DNA of 64,000 nucleotides from an uncultured Alphaproteobacteria bacterium (GTDB lineage Bacteria; Pseudomonadota; Alphaproteobacteria; Rickettsiales; CAIJLX01): NCBI GenBank assembly GCA_903821695.1, contig CAIJLX010000027.1, positions 1,006 to 65,005 of the forward strand, read 5' to 3'. Shown piece by piece: positions 58,595 to 64,000 of this stretch (position 1 is its first letter; each line of letters starts with the position of its first letter). The notes under the pieces were generated by a model. It saw only the letters and a program-made list of their open reading frames with translations, ran no database searches and was not told where the DNA came from. The position numbers and the translations under genes were made by a program.

Positions 58595-58827
58595 GCAAAG
58601 AAACCTTGCCAAATTCGTTTGAAGAATCGCTGAAAGAGCTAGAACAAATCGTCCGCCGAATGGAAAGCGGCGGCCAAGACCTAGACCGCTCCATCGCCGA
58701 TTACGAACGCGGCATGGCCCTCAAAGCCCTCTGCGAAAAGCGGCTGAATGAAGCAAAACTTAAAGTCGAAAAAATTGTAAAAAGTGCAGATGGAAAGGTG
58801 AAAACCGAGCCATTTAACGAAGTGTAG
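58591..58827 (+). CDS. xseB: exodeoxyribonuclease VII small subunit
   Basis: [35 protein letters not shown]...C, the typical XseB. Four-nt overlap with secA. Confidence 0.9.
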
Positions 58828-58873
58828 TTCTTTATTAATTGTAATTTCTTTTGAGCCAGCAGGTTGCCAACCT

Positions 58874-59266
58874 ATGAAACTAATTATTTTTATTCTTGTT
58901 TGGGGAACGCTGTCGTCTTCACTGGCTTCTGCTAGTGAAAATGATGATGCCAATACTGCAGACGTTCATTGCATGTTACGTTCCCTCACATCAACAATGG
59001 CAATCCTAAAAGCAGGAACATTATCTGAAAATCCGGTTGCTTTAGGAGCTCTGATCACGGCTCCCATTTATTTTGTTGGACGAATAGATGCGCGCTCACC
59101 CAATTTTGACATGGCCCAGAGTTTATCAAAAGAATCAGATAAAATGGAAAAAATGACAGTAGAAGAATCCAAGGCTGAAACAAAGCACTGTAGCGATGTG
59201 ATGCAGGCCAAAGGGGAAAAATTAAAAGAAATTGGTCGTATTTTACAGGAACAATCAGCAAAATGA
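58874..59266 (+). CDS. hypothetical secreted protein, 130 aa
   Basis: Signal peptide MKLIIFILVWGTLSSSLASA|SE. No family recognised. Confidence 0.5.
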   Translation: MKLIIFILVWGTLSSSLASASENDDANTADVHCMLRSLTSTMAILKAGTLSENPVALGALITAPIYFVGRIDARSPNFDMAQSLSKESDKMEKMTVEESKAETKHCSDVMQAKGEKLKEIGRILQEQSAK

Positions 59267-59276
59267 GTTTGATCCA

Positions 59277-60452
59277 CTAAAGGAATTCTTTTTTTAGCAG
59301 CTCGTCTTTCGTCAGCACATAATCGCTTTCTTCCCATTTATTTTCCGCCGCCTTTAGCCAATCACCCAGTGCTTTACCAGTAAGGTGCGGCACTTCACTC
59401 CCGCTAACCGGGAATGCTGGCGGATTAAAATCGGGGAGCCATTTTTTGGCTTCTTTTAGTTCGACGTTGGTGGCTTGTACTAATAGGGCATTCCAGGCTT
59501 TGTCTTTCCCTTCTTTGCGCGCCAGCGTTTTGAATGACAATGGCTGCGAGCAAAACAGCTGCAACGTTTTTTGCTGCGCTCTGGAGAGTTTCCAGCGGGT
59601 GGAAATCGGGTCTAGGCTTAGAACAGACTGATACAGGAGGTAAGAAAGCCGGCGCAGAGACAAAGTGTTGGAATCACAATCCACAAACGGTTCATAATGT
59701 TTCTCCCTGGCTATCTTTTCCGCCGCAATTTTTGCAGCGTTTGGCTGTAATGAAGGTACCATAACTGCAAGCACGCCGCAATCTTGCATTAATTTAAGCA
59801 CGGCCGAAGGATCTCGCGTCCCCAGGATTTTGAGCATCTCTTTCTGCACCCTCTCACCCGAAAGCCGCCCCATATGTGGCGCCGCAGCCGCACAAGCCGC
59901 CAGCGTTTCGGCGTCCGGCAGCACCTTGCCATATCGCCCATAAAAGCGGAAATAGCGCAGTACCCTTAAATAATCCTCACGAATCCGCTCCTCCGCCTTC
60001 CCTACAAAACGGATAATTCCTGCCTGCGCATCTTGCTGTCCGCCATAATAATCGGTGATGTTGCCTTCTTTATCGAGCGACATCGCATTCAGCGTAAAAT
60101 CCCGACGAGCCGCATCTTCTTCCCAGCTTTCGCTATAGGTAACTTTCACATGCCGACCATCACATTCCATATCTCGGCGTAATGTCGTGATCTCATAAGG
60201 TTTACCCTCCAAGATCGCGGTCACAGTTCCAAAATCAATACCGGTTGGTTTGGCTACGATGTGGCTATGGGTCAGCACACCCATCACTTGCTCTGGGCGC
60301 AGTGGGGTTGCCATATCCATGTCAGCGGAAGTCAGCCCAAGCACTGCATCCCGCACACAGCCACCCACTAGGCGCAGTTCGGCAGGTGCCAGCACTTCTG
60401 AGAGACGCAAAAAATGCGGGTGGGTGATGAGGGCTTTAACGTGTTTGTTCAT
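59277..60452 (-). CDS. cca: CCA tRNA nucleotidyltransferase / poly(A) polymerase family protein
   Basis: Nucleotidyltransferase head LVGGCVRDAVLG...DMDMAT and RRDFTLNAM. Confidence 0.85.
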   Translation of the reverse strand: MNKHVKALITHPHFLRLSEVLAPAELRLVGGCVRDAVLGLTSADMDMATPLRPEQVMGVLTHSHIVAKPTGIDFGTVTAILEGKPYEITTLRRDMECDGRHVKVTYSESWEEDAARRDFTLNAMSLDKEGNITDYYGGQQDAQAGIIRFVGKAEERIREDYLRVLRYFRFYGRYGKVLPDAETLAACAAAAPHMGRLSGERVQKEMLKILGTRDPSAVLKLMQDCGVLAVMVPSLQPNAAKIAAEKIAREKHYEPFVDCDSNTLSLRRLSYLLYQSVLSLDPISTRWKLSRAQQKTLQLFCSQPLSFKTLARKEGKDKAWNALLVQATNVELKEAKKWLPDFNPPAFPVSGSEVPHLTGKALGDWLKAAENKWEESDYVLTKDELLKKEFL

Positions 60453-60699
60453 GCTGGAACCGCTCAGCCTCGATTGATTCTTTTTGCTCCAACGCCCAGG
60501 CGATCAAACTGCCGATGGTGATGATCATGACAATAATCAGCGCCCAAAACCAATAACGCAAAGCGGGATCGTTCTTCTCTAATTTCTTGTCGCGAAATTT
60601 TAGCCACACCACAAAGGATATGAAAAGAACGATTGGCAAAAAGCGTAACAAGAGATAAAGCATAGCTATGGTTTTAAACATTAGCATGATCGGCTGCAC
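60436..60699 (-). CDS. small two-TM membrane protein
   Basis: Two clear hydrophobic helices separated by KFRDKKLEKND. It overlaps the cca start by 17 nt. Its start is ambiguous (M1/M5/M7/M13), and M1 would overlap the divergent dapB start. Confidence 0.4.
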   Translation of the reverse strand: MQPIMLMFKTIAMLYLLLRFLPIVLFISFVVWLKFRDKKLEKNDPALRYWFWALIIVMIITIGSLIAWALEQKESIEAERFQHEQTR

Positions 60700-61444
60700 G
60701 GGTAAAATGGGAAAGGCAATCCTTTCCGAGATTTCTGCCCGCCCAGATTTCTACAAACTCGCCGGCGGCGCAACCCATGGCACCAGCGAAGAACTCGGCA
60801 CGAAGTTAGGCGATGGCCTTGAAGTCACCTCCGACCTTGCCGCAGCAACGCGTGAAGCGAATGTGGTGATCGATTTTTCAAGACCCGATATGACCATGCA
60901 ATTGATGGAAATGCTTAAAGCAAACCCAAAGCCTGTTATCATCGGCACCACCGGTCTTTCCACGATCGAGCAAGCGACCATCGAAAAAATGGCAAAAAAA
61001 ATGCCGGTGCTGCTTTCTTCCAACACGAGCCTGGGCGTAAATTTATTGCTTGGGTTAGTGAAACAAGTGGCCAGCAAATTGGGTGAGGAATTTGATATCG
61101 AAATTATTGAGGCACACCATAAAGATAAAGTGGATGCCCCTTCCGGCACTGCAATCTCTTTAGGAAAAGCGGCAGCCGAAGGACGGGGTGTCACCTTCGA
61201 AACGGCAGCACTTTATAACCACACTGGCAAACGCACCCCTGGTGGTATTGGCTTTGCCTCTATCCGTGGCGGCGATATTGTGGGCGAACATAACGTGATA
61301 TTTGCTGGCAGAGGCGAACGCCTAGAGCTTGGCCACATCGCTACCGACCGCGCGATTTTTGCGCGTGGTGCGCTCAAAGCGGCTGCATGGCTCGCCGATA
61401 AAAAGAGCGGCTTTTACACCATGCAGGACGTGTTGTTCTATTAA
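60668..61444 (+). CDS. dapB: 4-hydroxy-tetrahydrodipicolinate reductase
   Basis: IGCTGKMGKAI, IGTTG and EAHHKDKVDAPSGTA. Confidence 0.93.
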   Translation: MVLNISMIGCTGKMGKAILSEISARPDFYKLAGGATHGTSEELGTKLGDGLEVTSDLAAATREANVVIDFSRPDMTMQLMEMLKANPKPVIIGTTGLSTIEQATIEKMAKKMPVLLSSNTSLGVNLLLGLVKQVASKLGEEFDIEIIEAHHKDKVDAPSGTAISLGKAAAEGRGVTFETAALYNHTGKRTPGGIGFASIRGGDIVGEHNVIFAGRGERLELGHIATDRAIFARGALKAAAWLADKKSGFYTMQDVLFY

Positions 61445-62397
61445 ATTCCGTAAGCGTGAAAATCTTTCGCCGTGGAGTGGAATTTTAATTTCTGGAAATA
61501 TTCCATCGGGTTTTTAGGCGTCACCAATGCATCCGGTTTTGGGTTCAGCCAATCTGTCATCCGTGTCATCAAAAAGCGCATTGTAGCACCCAGGCAGAGA
61601 ATCGGGAATGCAGCTTTTTCTTCTGCGCTTAGTGGGCGGAAGGTTGCATAGCCTTCGAGCATGCGCTGCGATTTGGTGATATTAAATTCGTAATTCGGTT
61701 CGAAGCACCACGCGTTCAGGCAAATAGCCAGGTCATAGGCGAGCATGTCGTTGCAAGCGAAATAGAAATCAATAATGCCGCTCAAGCTCTCGCCCTCAAA
61801 AAATACGTTATCGGGGAATAGATCGGCATGGATAATGCCCTTGGGCAAATGTGTCGGCCATTCAGATTTCAGGCGCACAATTTGTTGGTCGATAATCGTT
61901 GTAGTCTCCGGCCATTCTTTTGCGGCTTTCACTTTGATATTTTCCCACATAGTCGGCCATGCGGAAAGTGAAAGCGCATTTGGGCGCGAGATGGAGAAAC
62001 CATTTCCAGCAAGATGCATCTGCGCGAGATGCTTGCCCACTTCACGACAATGCTCCGGATAAATTCGGGTGACACTTTTGCCATTCAAGAATGAAACCAT
62101 CGCGGCTTGCTTACCCGCAATTGTATGCACTACCGCATCATCCTCACCTTCAATCGGCAGCGGGCAAGGCACACTACCTTTGGCGAGATGCTGCATCAAA
62201 CCAAGGAAGAACGGCAAATCAGATGTTGCAACGCGTTGCTCATAGAGCGTTAGGATCGCCCTACCCGCTTCATGAGCCAAAAGATAATTAGAATTTTCGA
62301 CACCCTCGGCAATGGGTTTCAACTGCACATCACGCAAGCCGTAAAGCGACTCTATGCGCTTGATGTCAGTTTCGGAAACGGCGGTGTAAACTGCCAA
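61441..62397 (-). CDS. thrB: homoserine kinase, type II (APH-fold ThrB)
   Basis: TTG start giving MAVYTAVSETDI...IAEGVENSNYLL, and the kinase core IIHADLFPDNVFF...GIIDFYFA. Confidence 0.88.
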   Translation of the reverse strand: MAVYTAVSETDIKRIESLYGLRDVQLKPIAEGVENSNYLLAHEAGRAILTLYEQRVATSDLPFFLGLMQHLAKGSVPCPLPIEGEDDAVVHTIAGKQAAMVSFLNGKSVTRIYPEHCREVGKHLAQMHLAGNGFSISRPNALSLSAWPTMWENIKVKAAKEWPETTTIIDQQIVRLKSEWPTHLPKGIIHADLFPDNVFFEGESLSGIIDFYFACNDMLAYDLAICLNAWCFEPNYEFNITKSQRMLEGYATFRPLSAEEKAAFPILCLGATMRFLMTRMTDWLNPKPDALVTPKNPMEYFQKLKFHSTAKDFHAYGI

Positions 62398-62403
62398 GCA
62401 AAT

Positions 62404-62550
62404 TTATACGTGAAAGAGATCAGCGTTCGCAGGCCGCTTATCACAGGGTGAACCAGCCGCCCCAACGCATGGGCTTTTAAGCTCCTTAGGCGCGGAAGCG
62501 CAGGAGGAAAGCATAAGCGGAATAAACAGGGCAAATAAGAAGGTACGCAT
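62404..62550 (-). CDS. small lipoprotein (48 aa), possible VirB7-like T4SS component
   Basis: Below the ORF-track cut-off. My translation is MRTFLFALFIPLMLSSCASAPKELKSPCVGAAGSPCDKRPANADLFHV. It has an LSSC lipobox. It starts 41 nt after the VirB6-like stop (gap 62551-62591) and ends 6 nt before the thrB start. No obvious SD. Confidence 0.5.
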   Translation of the reverse strand: MRTFLFALFIPLMLSSCASAPKELKSPCVGAAGSPCDKRPANADLFHV

Positions 62551-62591
62551 TGCAAAATAATAGCCGACCAGAGAACAAATTCAAAGGTTTT

Positions 62592-63827
62592 TTACTTCGG
62601 CGACCCTTTTTTCAACCCCACGGCATCGCGCATGAGATTGCCCGCCCCCTTGGTGACATTATTCGCCATTTGCGCATTGGACTGCATAGTATTGGTAAAG
62701 GTAATACCACCTTCGCTCAATTGCGATGCCGCTTGCACTGCCCATTGGTTCATTTTAACCATGATCGTGCCCAACATAATCACAACGAACAAGGTAAACA
62801 TATCCATCACCTCGGTGATTTGGATGGGTTCTTTCGGAGGTCCTTCATTCTCTCTTTCCAGCCTAAAGCTATGAAGGCGAACGACTTGCCCTTCTGTTTG
62901 CTGTCTTTCAGAGCACACTTTATAACCGGGCTTGAACATGACATCCAAATAATTAAAGAACACGCCGTTAAAGAATGCCATAAACCCAACCAATAGCACT
63001 GGTTGTAACGAGAAGTTGATAAGCTGTTTTATCCAGCCCTCAAACAGGGGTTTGGTTTGGTTGAATAATAAGAAGATGATGAACACCGGAGATATGGCAT
63101 AAAGCAGCGCACGGGCAATGCCGGCCATGATATAAATCTGCACCGCCATGATAACTGTCCATAAATAAGAGAGCACCACGCTAAACAGCAGCAACCCAAC
63201 AATTAGGCCAACACCACTGATGCTAAACATCGCACCCACAATAACGGCAAAGCGCACAGAAAGCAGCGTGCCCAACACTTTATCGTCAATGAAATTAAAT
63301 ACATCCATCGGTGTAACAGTTGTGCCTGTCTCCCCCGATGCACTGCTAACAACAGCCGTGGTAAAAATTGTGCTAAGTTCTGTGGTCAGAATATCGAAGA
63401 AATCTCCGACCAATTTCTGGAAGTTTGGCCAGGAAGTTAATAGATAATAGATCACAGCCATCTTCAAAATCCGGATCACCAATTCCATCGGCGAAGGTTG
63501 TGCAATGCCTAAGGCAATTGAGATGCCATATATCGCCACAAAAAGCATCATGCAGGCCGTTACTAAATTCTTGAAGGAGCTGTCCTCAATAATTTTGGTA
63601 AAGATTTTTTCGGAAGAGCCTTTAACCGTATCCTGAATCACGGTCACGATATAAGAAATAACCCCCAGTTTTTCGCCGGTAGGGCGATACGTTGTTTTCG
63701 GCATTTCCTGTTTGCAGGCGGTATCATTCGGCGCACATGTTAAATTATAGCATGTGCTTGTATCAGAACAGCCAACTGCAAATAAGCTGATAAAACAGAT
63801 GAAAAAGAGGGTTAAAAATTGCTTCAT
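62592..63827 (-). CDS. virB6: type IV secretion system protein VirB6/TrbL family
   Basis: Lipoprotein-type signal (FAVGC|SD), about 6-7 TMs, and a last TM followed by a ...SQLSEGG... tail typical of the TrbL/VirB6 family (recall-based). Its ATG overlaps the TGA of an upstream paralog. Confidence 0.7.
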   Translation of the reverse strand: MKQFLTLFFICFISLFAVGCSDTSTCYNLTCAPNDTACKQEMPKTTYRPTGEKLGVISYIVTVIQDTVKGSSEKIFTKIIEDSSFKNLVTACMMLFVAIYGISIALGIAQPSPMELVIRILKMAVIYYLLTSWPNFQKLVGDFFDILTTELSTIFTTAVVSSASGETGTTVTPMDVFNFIDDKVLGTLLSVRFAVIVGAMFSISGVGLIVGLLLFSVVLSYLWTVIMAVQIYIMAGIARALLYAISPVFIIFLLFNQTKPLFEGWIKQLINFSLQPVLLVGFMAFFNGVFFNYLDVMFKPGYKVCSERQQTEGQVVRLHSFRLERENEGPPKEPIQITEVMDMFTLFVVIMLGTIMVKMNQWAVQAASQLSEGGITFTNTMQSNAQMANNVTKGAGNLMRDAVGLKKGSPK

Positions 63828-64000
63828 TTTTTCGCCTCAAATTCCCGTTCGAGCTGTCTGGTGCCGGAGATCGTCGCCAAGTTTGGCACCGTTCTATCGC
63901 CGCCAGCAAGATCCGAAGCCCATTCCGGTAACTCTTTCATAAACCGAAACATAGCCCCACACACAATCAATAACACTACCATCTGTGAGCCAAGACCATT
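63824..64000 (-). CDS. C-terminal 58 codons of a second VirB6/TrbL-like protein (gene runs off the right edge)
   Basis: My translation is NGLGSQMVVLLIVCGAMFRFMKELPEWASDLAGGDRTVPNLATISGTRQLEREFEAKK*. The segment VVLLIVCGAMFRFMKELPEWASDLAGG is colinear with FVVIMLGTIMVKMNQWAVQAASQLSEGG of the downstream VirB6-like protein. ATGA overlap. Confidence 0.55.
   Translation of the reverse strand, partial: NGLGSQMVVLLIVCGAMFRFMKELPEWASDLAGGDRTVPNLATISGTRQLEREFEAKK

Noticed and set aside
62352-62555. 67-aa minus-strand ORF from the track in the virB6-thrB gap
   Set aside because: It overlaps the thrB start and has no signal or motif. A different frame on the same strand gives a clean 48-aa lipoprotein (62404-62550), which I prefer.

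Overview
Gene-dense chromosomal segment of about 75 genes with very little non-coding DNA. It carries an alphaproteobacterial hallmark set: the divK-pleD two-component pair, rpoH next to rluD, an hda-like gene, type II thrB, tatABC-serS, lptFG-lptD-surA-rsmA, and TTAA-N7-TTAA (CtrA-type) boxes. I cannot name the species. Most of the window is housekeeping: polA, yajC-secD, aroA, dnaX-ybaB-recR, ftsK-lolA, purMN, ndk, holC-pepA, gmk, ugd-galU, rpsI-rplM, secA, xseB, dapB and a dapD fragment. Features missing from the ORF track that I could read directly are the dapD 5' end at the left edge, tatA (52 aa), a tRNA-Ile(GAU), an SRP (4.5S) RNA, a 48-aa lipoprotein, and a second partial VirB6-like ORF at the right edge. 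The non-core content is about ten family-less orphan ORFs placed at junctions that are usually contiguous in proteobacteria: pepA/holC, pepA/lptF, ruvX/galU, upstream of rplM, downstream of a tRNA, and next to dapD. The right edge holds a fragment of a VirB-type type IV secretion locus (tandem VirB6/TrbL paralogs plus a VirB7-like lipoprotein). The most interesting candidates are: a 1021-aa orphan with two bilobed Ala/Gly-rich hydrophobic domains and a basic tail; a 155-aa glycine-zipper protein; a roughly 370-nt highly structured promoter-to-terminator unit at 9.87-10.28 kb (unassigned ncRNA or small ORF); and CtrA-type boxes placed specifically in front of orphan genes. No CRISPR array, IS element, integrase or rRNA was seen. 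All functional calls rest on motif recognition by eye; no searches were run.
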